Assembly (NCBI GenBank): GCA_018655015.1
Contig: JABIKK010000013.1
Span: 44,071-108,070 of the forward strand
Length of the DNA stretch: 64,000 bases
Direction of reading: 5' to 3'
DNA from: Candidatus Woesearchaeota archaeon
Lineage (GTDB): Archaea; Nanobdellota; Nanobdellia; SCGC-AAA011-G17; UBA489
Shown here one piece after another: positions 27,081-36,431 of the stretch. The stretch's first letter is position 1. Every line of letters starts with the position of its first letter. The position numbers were made by a program, and so were the translations under genes. The notes under the pieces were generated by a model that saw only the letters and a program-made list of their open reading frames with translations, was not told where the DNA came from and did no database searches.

Positions 27081-27407
27081 CTAATAAACTTCTATTCTAC
27101 CTTTCCCCAATATATAATGAATTTTCGCATAAGTTGTTCTGCCTTCCCCCTTATCTCGGAACAAAACAAAATGGTAATCTGGAAGAGTTAATTTAGGATT
27201 GTCAGCACTTTTACGGCAACTATCTAGAAAAATACCATCAAAATGATCTGCGTTATCCTCAAGCAAGCCCATAGCTTCTTCAGCAGTGAGAACCTGGCCA
27301 AAAAACAAAGAACCATTCTTTCTTCCAGAATGAGTGTGCTCTGCAAAAGAAACTGCTAAATCCTCGAGAACCTTCAAACTGTCAGTATTAAGAGATCTTC
27401 TAACCAT
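27081..27407 (-). CDS. Hypothetical protein (orphan ORF between two tRNA genes)
   Basis: 108-aa ORF, slightly GC-richer, no recognisable motif. Confidence 0.35.
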   Translation of the reverse strand: MVRRSLNTDSLKVLEDLAVSFAEHTHSGRKNGSLFFGQVLTAEEAMGLLEDNADHFDGIFLDSCRKSADNPKLTLPDYHFVLFRDKGEGRTTYAKIHYILGKGRIEVY

Positions 27408-27511
27408 TAAATATCACTACAAAACAACCACTACTCCAAGATTTAAAAGAATTATACAACTAGAAGCTTGAGAAATCTTTAAAAACAACATCGCGCCTTT
27501 TTTGGACAGAA

Positions 27512-27583
27512 GCGCTGGTAGTGTAATGGCTAGCATAGGAGCCTTCCAAGCTCTTGATCCGGGTTCGAATCCCGGCCGGCGCA
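27512..27583 (+). tRNA. tRNA-Gly (anticodon UCC)
   Basis: Manual cloverleaf: acceptor GCGCTGG/CCGGCGC, anticodon stem GGAGC/GCTCT with loop CTTCCAA, T-arm CCGGG-TTCGAAT-CCCGG. Confidence 0.85.
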
Positions 27584-27584
27584 C

Positions 27585-29096
27585 TTATTTCCTAACACAA
27601 GGAGCGTTCTTAGGAATATACACTTTATCAGGCGTCAAATCCTTCACAGATTTACATCCCGTAGAAGCTAACAACTCATAGAAATCATGTTCTAAATTTT
27701 TAACATAATTAGCAACCTTTCTAGCCTTATCAGGAATAATTAATCCTTTCTGAAATCTTGGATTATGTGATGTAATTCCAACTGGACAAGTATTTCTATT
27801 ACATTGTAAGGCCTGTATACAACCTAAAGCAAACATAAAACCTCTAGCAGTATAAACTGCATCAGCACCAAGAGCCATCGCAGTCAATTGCTTCCCAGGA
27901 TTAATTAATTTCCCGGCACATAACAATTTCAACTTATCTCTAACATTCTCTTCAACTAAAATTCTTTGAACAAGTGGTAATGCTCTAAACAATGGAACTC
28001 CAACATTATCCATAAAACTTTTTGGTGCAGCACCAGTTCCACCTTCAGCCCCATCAATTGAAATATAATCAGGAAAAACTTTTTGTTTCTTCATTTCTTT
28101 AATCAAATTTCTAAACTCCAATTCAGAACCAATGCACATTTTAATTCCAACAGGTAAATTAGAAAAATCTTGAACTCTTTTAATAAATTCAACAGTATTT
28201 TTTGGAGTAGTACACTCAATATGGTGTGGCGGAGAAATAACATCTTGACCCATAGGAACATTCCTTAATTCAGAAATTTCTTCAGTTATTTTTTCCTTAG
28301 GCAACAAACCACCCTTCCCAGGTTTAGCTCCCTGTGAAAACTTAATCTCAATCATTTTAATTTCAGGCTTACTTGATAAATCCCTTAACTTATCACCATT
28401 CAAAGAACCATCTGGATTTCTAACACCAAATTTTGCAGTCCCAATTTGAAAGATTAAATCGCATTTTTCCATCAAATGGTACTTGGGGTAACCACCTTCT
28501 CCAGTATTCATAGGTATCCCTGCAGCCTTAACACCTCTGGCGATAGACCTTACGGCATTACTTCCCAATGCACCAAAAGACATCGCACTTACAATAAATG
28601 GTTTATCAATAGTATACTTATTCTTAATCCCTCTTTCTTCTCCAAAGGTTAAAGAATACTTTTTCATATTTTTCTTATCAACAGGATATAATGAATGCCT
28701 TAATTTTATTTCCTCATCATCAAAATTCAACAAAGAACCAAACGCTTCCGAAGAATCAATATCTTTTGCCTTCCTATAAACCTCAGCCCGTTCAGCCCTA
28801 CTAAATGGTTTCTCTTCAACATCACTAGCATACAAGTATTGTCTCAGCTCGGGACCAACACTCTCAATCATATATCTAGCTTGGGCGATTATTCCAAAGT
28901 TTCTCAGAAGTGCATGTTTAGTTTGTATATGCCTGTAATAAAAATTAAGTAAAAATAAAACTAAAAAAATAGCAGAACCAATATGATAACCTGAAGAAAC
29001 ATTAACCCCTAAATACCAAAATAAAACTAATAGTGCAACTATTCCTGCATTAACATACTTTGCAATCCGTGGTAAATCGACCGCTAATCTTGCCAT
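27585..29096 (-). CDS. Glutamate-synthase-domain-2 family FMN-dependent oxidoreductase (GltB-like), membrane-anchored
   Basis: 'ISPPHHIECTTP' and 'IDGAEGGTGAAP' motifs of the GltS FMN domain. N-terminal TM helices. Confidence 0.7.
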   Translation of the reverse strand: MARLAVDLPRIAKYVNAGIVALLVLFWYLGVNVSSGYHIGSAIFLVLFLLNFYYRHIQTKHALLRNFGIIAQARYMIESVGPELRQYLYASDVEEKPFSRAERAEVYRKAKDIDSSEAFGSLLNFDDEEIKLRHSLYPVDKKNMKKYSLTFGEERGIKNKYTIDKPFIVSAMSFGALGSNAVRSIARGVKAAGIPMNTGEGGYPKYHLMEKCDLIFQIGTAKFGVRNPDGSLNGDKLRDLSSKPEIKMIEIKFSQGAKPGKGGLLPKEKITEEISELRNVPMGQDVISPPHHIECTTPKNTVEFIKRVQDFSNLPVGIKMCIGSELEFRNLIKEMKKQKVFPDYISIDGAEGGTGAAPKSFMDNVGVPLFRALPLVQRILVEENVRDKLKLLCAGKLINPGKQLTAMALGADAVYTARGFMFALGCIQALQCNRNTCPVGITSHNPRFQKGLIIPDKARKVANYVKNLEHDFYELLASTGCKSVKDLTPDKVYIPKNAPCVRK

Positions 29097-29138
29097 TTTA
29101 TCAAATTAAACTAAACTTTTTATATAACTTTCCTTGAA

Positions 29139-30365
29139 CTACTTCTTTCGAATAGCTTCAACGGACTCTCTCAACATTTTTTCAGTATCAGACTCATGTT
29201 GTTTGCCCTTCCTCCTATCAGTAGTGGGCCTAGCATAAACTCTCGATCTTGAATAACTCTGTTTCTTAGGTCCTCCTTTAGGACCGCCTTCAGTAGGTCC
29301 AAAGCCTTTCCAAGCTTTTCCTTCTCTCCCACCTACATTCTTAGCGGATGATTTAAATTGGAAGTAGAAGAACAAACCAATAGCAACAACCACTACAACT
29401 ATTATCAATAAAACAATCCATCCAGCACCACTCTTTCCACCACAATCTTCAGGACAATTCTCAGAAGTCTCACCTCTTAACTCATCACAAAAATTATTTG
29501 GACATAATGGATAAAGATCAACCGCATCATTAATCCCATCAAAATCGGTATCAAAACTTGTTGGATCCGTTCCTTTCTGTAATTCCATGGATAAAGTTAA
29601 TCCATCATTATCAACATCTTCATTCTGTGGATCAAAACAAGAAACGCTACAAGGTCCACCACAATCAACATCTTCCTCACCTTGATTCATAACATGATCA
29701 TTACAAGTTGGACATGAAGGACAATTCAAACCACCACAATCACTAACTATTCCATTGCCTAAATCAACATTAATTTTTTGTTCATCCCTTTCCAATATTC
29801 CATCAGTACAAACATTACAGGCATCGCAAGGTCCACCACAATCAAACCCATCTTCACCTGCATCCTTTAGCCTATTTGTACATGTTACAGGAACACCATT
29901 TGGAGCAACACTACAACCTTCATCAACTACACCATTACAATTATCATCTAAACTATTCCCATTACCAATTCCGCATTTCTCAACACTAGGCAGTGTAGAG
30001 TTTTCACAATCTCCGGCCCACTCCCCATATTCAGTGCAAAATTCAAAACCATAAGAACAGATTCCAGTCTCATTTAAAGGACCACAAGTTTTGTTCTCCC
30101 CATAACTACAATCACAACCCTCGTCAATAAAACCATCACAATCATTGTCTTTAGAATCATTACAAACTTCATCATCGGGCAATGTTTGGCCTAAACAAAA
30201 TCCCCATTTACTATTCTCACAATACTGAGTCCCGTAATTACACTCACCCTTATCATATTCTCCACATTGTCTTGAGTCTCCCTCATTACATGCAGCAAGT
30301 ACACTAAAAGAAAATAGAACTAAAAAAAGTCCACTACTTACCAGAAACTTTCGGTTTAAATGCAT
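29139..30365 (-). CDS. Cys-rich cell-surface protein with putative metal-binding (CxDxxDNDCDGxxDEGC) and thrombospondin-type-3-like Asp-rich repeats, C-terminal TM anchor
   Basis: Signal peptide. Repeated 'CNDSKDNDCDGFIDEGC' / 'DDNCNGVVDEGC'. 'DTDFDGINDAVD' calcium-binding-like motif. TM 'WIVLLIIVVVVVAIGLFFYF' plus basic tail. Confidence 0.65.
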   Translation of the reverse strand: MHLNRKFLVSSGLFLVLFSFSVLAACNEGDSRQCGEYDKGECNYGTQYCENSKWGFCLGQTLPDDEVCNDSKDNDCDGFIDEGCDCSYGENKTCGPLNETGICSYGFEFCTEYGEWAGDCENSTLPSVEKCGIGNGNSLDDNCNGVVDEGCSVAPNGVPVTCTNRLKDAGEDGFDCGGPCDACNVCTDGILERDEQKINVDLGNGIVSDCGGLNCPSCPTCNDHVMNQGEEDVDCGGPCSVSCFDPQNEDVDNDGLTLSMELQKGTDPTSFDTDFDGINDAVDLYPLCPNNFCDELRGETSENCPEDCGGKSGAGWIVLLIIVVVVVAIGLFFYFQFKSSAKNVGGREGKAWKGFGPTEGGPKGGPKKQSYSRSRVYARPTTDRRKGKQHESDTEKMLRESVEAIRKK

Positions 30366-32970
30366 ATTCCACCTGCTCCCTTTTCCACCCTCTTTCCAAA
30401 AGAGTTTTCATTATTTTTTCACGACTAATTCCACTTACAAGTGATTTGGAAACATATTTCCTTAACTCAACCTCATCATTTGAACTAGCAAACTGAACTG
30501 CCTTCCTAGTTTGACCTTTAGCTCCAGCACCACTTTTAAAGAATTTAAAATAAACAGTAACTGCAATAATAATTAAGATTCCTATAAAAAAGATTATTAA
30601 TATTCCTGACCAATTAGCTTTTTTCGCACAATCTTCAGGGCAAGAAATAGCGTCTTCTAAATAAATCTTCTCACCGTCTACCTCTAAGACTGCACATTTA
30701 TTGTCTCCACAAACTGGAACAGTTTCATATCCCCTTGGTATAATTCCACCCTTAGGAACCAAAATAGTTTTCAATTCGTTAAACCCAGAGGAAATATCTC
30801 TATTTACAAAGTAAGAATAACTAAGACCACTAACAGAAGGAACATCTTTTCTATAAACTGCATCAACACCCTCTTTATACAAAGTAAATCCTTCAAACGT
30901 AACCTCATTCTTAGGATCTAAAACAATTGAGGTAGGTATTACCTCATAAACATAATAATTACTACCTAATCCACTAATAGTTTTACTAACTGAAGTACCC
31001 TCAATCATAGACCCATCAAATAACTCAACTTGAACATACTTAATTATTGCATTAATTTTGAAGTCTTCTTGAATAAAATATGCATTTTCTCTTTCGTCTT
31101 CAGTTGCAACCATATCCAATGTAACGTCACTAGGTTCAACAATCACAACCTCTTCTAATTCAGAAAGAACATTAATTACCTTAGGCAAACCCATAACTAA
31201 AGTATCCAACTCATCGTCCAATCCATCATTGAATTCTTCAATCGCTGTTTGATTAGATATATTTAGAGAATTAAAAGTGGTTAAATAACCATTCAAATTA
31301 GTTAATGCAGAAGCAACTTCTTCACTCAAACCAAACGCACTCAGTACATCCCCATAACTATTCTGTTGCAAATTTAAGAAAGTAATATACTCTTTTATCA
31401 AACCTTCAACACTACTTTCATTAAATCCTCCAGAAACATTTCCACCAATATCAATATCTAAACTAGTTGAAGGTCCGGGATCTAAACTAAAATTAAGTTC
31501 ATACTCTCCAGACTCATTAACAAAAGGAGTAAACAATAACAATCCTGAAGTGCTCATTTCCAATACTTCACTACCATTCAAAGCAACCAAATCAATAGTA
31601 CCGATCTCTGTGATTCTCCCTATTTCAGAATTCATTCCCATGTAAAACTGATCTGTTGACTTCAAACCACTTCCAGTTTGGTATTCCATATACAAGTTCT
31701 CAAGAGAAATAACTCCCTCAGATAAACTTCCAACTTCTAGCGGAACCGCACATTTACCATTAGTTAACTCTAAACAATCTTCAATCTCTGCATTCAAAAC
31801 ATCAATAAATGCCTCATAACTATTAACCAATCCAGCCATAAAATTAGCTTGGCCATTCAAAACTTCAGTATATTCTCCCATCTTAACTTTGACTAAAAAA
31901 TCATCTGAACCTTCAGAATCACAAGAATACTTATCTCCAGCAAAGTTACAAGTATATGCAGAATTAGGATTATTACCTTCTATTCTCAGCTTAGCATGTT
32001 GCGTACTCCCACTACCTTCCACATTATTATATACGCAAACCAAAAACTCTCCTTCTATGGCGTATCCCATGTTAACGTCACATCCATAATACTCTGCTCC
32101 TGCACCTTCGGGCTCTAAATCACAAACATATTGACCACCATAACCATCACAATCAGTAACACAACTAGGATTAGACAATTGAATAATTGTTGCAGTAATA
32201 TTTTCTCCAATATCTAACTCTTCTAACTTTGCATGAACTTGTACATCTCTTGCATAAGGCAAATTAATCTTCTCACACCAATAATTAGAATTATCATCAG
32301 TTATTATTATCTCCCCATCATCATTTTCATTCAATGTATCCGAAAGGATAAAGTCACTTGCATATCCAATTAAATCTCCAAAGAATTGCCATTCAATATT
32401 ACCATCTGCACCAAAATCTAAATAAGGCATTTTTGGAGAAGGAACACCCAAACCAGAAACATCCAAATCTAAACTACTAAATGTATCAGTATTACTATCC
32501 ACCCTTACATAAATTATTTGTGACCCTGCGTCATTAAATGCAAAGTCTGCTTGTCCAGTAGGATTAATTAATTCTCGCGCACCAGTATCAACATTATAGT
32601 AAATACTTTGATGATCTAACACATCGACTAGTGCTCGGTAAACTTCAAAGTCTGCAACAGAACCAACTAGATTAGTGTTTGTTAAAATAGGTCCAGTCAA
32701 ATTAATATTCAAATCAAAAATTATTTCATCGCCAATCATAAATGAAGGAGTTTGATTAGTATTGTTCCCGTCTAAAACTACTTCAATTGACTCTGGCTCA
32801 GTTGTTTCAGCAGCTAAGACTAATCCAAAAAATAGTGTGAATATCCCAACAACAATTAAAACCCTGCTTAATTCAACCAATTTACCCCTCTTTTCACCAA
32901 ATAGACTAAAAAGTCCACTTATTCTTAAACTCCCTTTTAAACTATTTAAATATATTGATGAAAGCCCCAA
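30334..32970 (-). CDS. Large hypothetical cell-surface protein (signal peptide, C-terminal TM anchor + basic cytoplasmic tail)
   Basis: 878 aa with N-terminal hydrophobic signal, many N-x-S/T sequons and a C-terminal 'ILIIFFIGILIIIAVTVYF' TM. Co-oriented with, and overlapping, the downstream Cys-rich protein. Confidence 0.55.
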   Translation of the reverse strand: MGLSSIYLNSLKGSLRISGLFSLFGEKRGKLVELSRVLIVVGIFTLFFGLVLAAETTEPESIEVVLDGNNTNQTPSFMIGDEIIFDLNINLTGPILTNTNLVGSVADFEVYRALVDVLDHQSIYYNVDTGARELINPTGQADFAFNDAGSQIIYVRVDSNTDTFSSLDLDVSGLGVPSPKMPYLDFGADGNIEWQFFGDLIGYASDFILSDTLNENDDGEIIITDDNSNYWCEKINLPYARDVQVHAKLEELDIGENITATIIQLSNPSCVTDCDGYGGQYVCDLEPEGAGAEYYGCDVNMGYAIEGEFLVCVYNNVEGSGSTQHAKLRIEGNNPNSAYTCNFAGDKYSCDSEGSDDFLVKVKMGEYTEVLNGQANFMAGLVNSYEAFIDVLNAEIEDCLELTNGKCAVPLEVGSLSEGVISLENLYMEYQTGSGLKSTDQFYMGMNSEIGRITEIGTIDLVALNGSEVLEMSTSGLLLFTPFVNESGEYELNFSLDPGPSTSLDIDIGGNVSGGFNESSVEGLIKEYITFLNLQQNSYGDVLSAFGLSEEVASALTNLNGYLTTFNSLNISNQTAIEEFNDGLDDELDTLVMGLPKVINVLSELEEVVIVEPSDVTLDMVATEDERENAYFIQEDFKINAIIKYVQVELFDGSMIEGTSVSKTISGLGSNYYVYEVIPTSIVLDPKNEVTFEGFTLYKEGVDAVYRKDVPSVSGLSYSYFVNRDISSGFNELKTILVPKGGIIPRGYETVPVCGDNKCAVLEVDGEKIYLEDAISCPEDCAKKANWSGILIIFFIGILIIIAVTVYFKFFKSGAGAKGQTRKAVQFASSNDEVELRKYVSKSLVSGISREKIMKTLLERGWKREQVEYAFKPKVSGK

Positions 32971-33008
32971 TAAAAAGGTTTTTAATACGAACTACACAAT
33001 TTCACGCC

Positions 33009-33893
33009 ATGAGTCATAAATTAAAAGACCTATTTGAGAAGAATCAGAAAAAGATGATGATTCTACCACTCATACTAATCCTAGGTTCCCTAATATTCTT
33101 AATCACAGCATACTCTCAAACTGGAGAATTAATCAACAAAGATGTTTCTCTTAGTGGGGGAATGACTCTAACACTTTACACAGAACAATCAATAGACGAA
33201 ATAAAACTTGAAGAATCACTAAAAAAAGACTTTACAGAAATATCAATTAGAAAACTTTCAGAGTTTGGAACATCTAAAGAAATAGGTGTCGTGATAGAAA
33301 CTCCAGAAATAGACGAAGACGCAATCAAGTTAAGAATTACAGAGGCAACTGGAATCGAACTAACTGAAGAAAACTTATCAATTGAAGTTGTTGGTTCTTC
33401 ACTAGGTGATTCATTCTATTCACAAATGGTCAAGGCATTACTTTTTGCATTAATCTTCATGTCAATTACAATATTTATTGCTTTTAGAAAACTAATTCCT
33501 TCATTAGCAGTTGTAGTTGTTGCATTTGGAGATTTAACAATTACATTAACAATTCTTAACTTGCTAAACATGAGGTTGTCTTCAGCTGGAATCGCAGCAT
33601 TACTATTACTAGTCGGGTACTCAATTGATACAGACGTACTACTAACAACTAGAATCCTAAAAAATAGAGAAGGAACAATTTGGGAAGGAGTTCTCAGCTC
33701 AATGAAAACAGGATTAACAATGACCGTCACAACTGTAGCAGCATTAGGAGTAGCCTACCTTGTCTCAACATCCCTAGTTCTAAAACAAATGTTTGCAATC
33801 ATAATTATTGGATTAATAGTTGACGTAGTCCTAACGTACCTCTTAAACGCGCCAATGTTAGCATTATACGCTAAAAAGGAAGGTGGGAAATAA
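33009..33893 (+). CDS. secF: Protein-export membrane protein SecF
   Basis: Six-TM pattern with a periplasmic-domain N-half; immediately precedes SecD with a 1-nt overlap. Start set at the internal Met (MSHKLKDLF). Confidence 0.75.
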   Translation: MSHKLKDLFEKNQKKMMILPLILILGSLIFLITAYSQTGELINKDVSLSGGMTLTLYTEQSIDEIKLEESLKKDFTEISIRKLSEFGTSKEIGVVIETPEIDEDAIKLRITEATGIELTEENLSIEVVGSSLGDSFYSQMVKALLFALIFMSITIFIAFRKLIPSLAVVVVAFGDLTITLTILNLLNMRLSSAGIAALLLLVGYSIDTDVLLTTRILKNREGTIWEGVLSSMKTGLTMTVTTVAALGVAYLVSTSLVLKQMFAIIIIGLIVDVVLTYLLNAPMLALYAKKEGGK

Positions 33894-35626
33894 TGGCAAA
33901 GCTATTTGGAGTCAGAGTTTGGATTTTAATCTTCTTCCTATTTATCTCCCTATTAATGATAGATCCTTCCCCTTTAGCAAAGGGTGTTGAAATAAAACAA
34001 ATTAATTCGGACTCACCAGCATTAGAGGCAGGAATGCTAGCAGGAGAAAAAATATTAGAAATAAATGGAATTAAAATTAAGGATTTAACAGATTATAAAA
34101 CAGAAATAGACAAACTAAGACCCGAACCAAAAGAAATCACAATTGACACTACAAAAGGCGAAGTTACCTATGAGGCAACATCATCCATAGGATTCTCCGT
34201 AGACAGCAACCTGACAATAATAGCTACAGAAGACTTCGTAACAATAGAACCAAACGCCCAATTAATTTCAATTAACAATGAACCAGTTGAAACTCCAGAA
34301 AACTTCAATAAAATCAAATCTAAAATAATCCCAAAAATTAAAGTAATAATCCAGACAGATCAAAATGAATACGCATTCCTTAGTACAGGTGACTTAGGAA
34401 TTTCGGTTCAAGCAGCAAAAACATCAAACATTGAAAAAGGACTTGAACTCCAAGGCGGAACAAGAGTTCTTCTAGAACCAAAATCAGATGAAGAAATCAC
34501 ATTATCAGACATCAACAACATTATCGACGTAATGAATAAACGCCTAAATGTGTATGGTCTTGCAGATATTAAAATCAGGCCTGCAAAAGACCTTGAAGGA
34601 AAGAACTTCATTTTAATTGAAATCGCAGGTGCAACAAGAGAAGAAGTAAGAGACCTAATCTCAAAACAAGGTGTCTTCGAAGCAAAGATAGGCGATGACG
34701 TTGTATTCGAAGGTGGAAAGAGAGACGTACCTTATGTATGTAGAGACGACGGCTCTTGTGCAGTTATAGAGTCCTGTTCAACAATAGGACCAGAACAAGC
34801 AGCATGTAACTTTAGATTCTCAATCTCATTATCATCAGATGCAGCCAAAAAACATGCAGACATAACAGGCAAACTAGAAGTAAACCAATCTACAAATGGG
34901 AATTACTTAGAAAAACCATTAGACCTATACTTAGATGAAAAATTAGTTGACACCTTATTAATCTCCTCAGATCTTAAAGGTCAAGAAGCTACACAAATTT
35001 CAATTTCGGGCCCAGGTTATGGGGCCACAGAAGACCTAGCATATTTAGACGCAGTTGCAAACATGAACAACCTGCAAACAATTCTAATTACTGGTTCATT
35101 ACCAATGAAATTAGAAATTGTAAAGATGGATACAATCAGTCCAGCCATGGGAAAAGAGTTTATTAAAAATGCCTTCACTGCAGGAATCCTTGCAATCTTA
35201 GTTGTAGGTTTGGTAATTTACATAAGATATAGGAAATTTAAAATTGTTATCCCTATGATCATAACCAGTGTTTCAGAAGTAATAATCATTCTGGGATTTG
35301 CAGCATTAGCAAGATGGAATTTGGATTTAGCAGCAATCGCAGGAATAATCGCGGCAGTGGGAACAGGTATTGATGACCAAATAATTATCACGGACGAGGT
35401 ATTAAAGAAAAGACAATTCAGTTTAAACTGGAAAGAAAAAATAAAGAGGGCATTCTTCATCATATTTAGTGCATATGTAACTACAGTAGTTGCAATGTTC
35501 CCACTTATGTTCGCAGGAGCAGGTTTAATCAAGGGATTCGCATTAACAACCATAGCAGGAGTTACAATTGGAGTATTTGTCACTAGACCTGCTTTCGCAG
35601 CAATGATTGAAAAGATGGTGAAGTAA
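33893..35626 (+). CDS. secD: Protein-export membrane protein SecD (with inserted PDZ-like domain)
   Basis: C-terminal six-TM SecD/RND-like bundle and large extracytoplasmic domain. 'KQINSDSPALEAGMLAGEKILEINGIKI' is a PDZ-like segment. Confidence 0.75.
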   Translation: MAKLFGVRVWILIFFLFISLLMIDPSPLAKGVEIKQINSDSPALEAGMLAGEKILEINGIKIKDLTDYKTEIDKLRPEPKEITIDTTKGEVTYEATSSIGFSVDSNLTIIATEDFVTIEPNAQLISINNEPVETPENFNKIKSKIIPKIKVIIQTDQNEYAFLSTGDLGISVQAAKTSNIEKGLELQGGTRVLLEPKSDEEITLSDINNIIDVMNKRLNVYGLADIKIRPAKDLEGKNFILIEIAGATREEVRDLISKQGVFEAKIGDDVVFEGGKRDVPYVCRDDGSCAVIESCSTIGPEQAACNFRFSISLSSDAAKKHADITGKLEVNQSTNGNYLEKPLDLYLDEKLVDTLLISSDLKGQEATQISISGPGYGATEDLAYLDAVANMNNLQTILITGSLPMKLEIVKMDTISPAMGKEFIKNAFTAGILAILVVGLVIYIRYRKFKIVIPMIITSVSEVIIILGFAALARWNLDLAAIAGIIAAVGTGIDDQIIITDEVLKKRQFSLNWKEKIKRAFFIIFSAYVTTVVAMFPLMFAGAGLIKGFALTTIAGVTIGVFVTRPAFAAMIEKMVK

Positions 35627-35627
35627 A

Positions 35628-36413
35628 ATGAAACTATACATAAAAGACCGCATAACTGGCACTATAAATTACAGCAAACATATAAAAAATTGGTATTCTT
35701 TAATTAAAACTAAACTATACAACAAAGAAAGACGATTACTTCTAAAATTTAGAAACGGATTAAAACTTAACATAATGAACAAAAAAGTAGACAGTGATAT
35801 AACAATTATAAAAGAAATTTATGTTTGCAATAACTATAACAGAAATAACTTCAATATCGAAGATGGAGACGTAGTTTTAGACTTGGGAGCAAACATAGGA
35901 ATTTATTCAACTTATGCAACAACCTTTGGAAAAGGGATTACAGTTTATGCTTATGAAGCTTCACCAAAAAACTTTGAATATCTAAAAGGAAATATAGAAC
36001 TAAACAACCTGCAAGATATAGTCAAACCCTATAACGAAGCAGTAACAAGTAAAAACGGAAAAATAAAATTTTTCCTTCACGACAGAGGAAGTGGTGGAAA
36101 TTCAATGTTCGATGAACTAACAACCTCAGAAAGAGAGGGATCCATTGAAGTAAAGTCCATCAATTTACCATCTATTTTGAAAGAAAATAAAATCAAAGAA
36201 GTAGGTTTTCTAAAGATGGATATTGAGGGTGCGGAATATGAAACACTCCTAAACTGTCCCTCCGATGTCATAAAGCGTGTTAAAAAGATTGCAATTGAAT
36301 GCCATAATGTAAAAGGATATAAAAAAGAAGACCTCATTAAATATTTAATCAAAAATGGATTCATGGTCTGGAAACCTTCCAAGGGCATGGTCTACGGAAA
36401 GAGAGTAGATTAA
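35628..36413 (+). CDS. FkbM-family methyltransferase
   Basis: 'VLDLGANIGIYS' and 'FLKMDIEGAEYE' FkbM signatures. Confidence 0.75.
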   Translation: MKLYIKDRITGTINYSKHIKNWYSLIKTKLYNKERRLLLKFRNGLKLNIMNKKVDSDITIIKEIYVCNNYNRNNFNIEDGDVVLDLGANIGIYSTYATTFGKGITVYAYEASPKNFEYLKGNIELNNLQDIVKPYNEAVTSKNGKIKFFLHDRGSGGNSMFDELTTSEREGSIEVKSINLPSILKENKIKEVGFLKMDIEGAEYETLLNCPSDVIKRVKKIAIECHNVKGYKKEDLIKYLIKNGFMVWKPSKGMVYGKRVD

Positions 36414-36431
36414 ACCATTAACGAGGTTATT

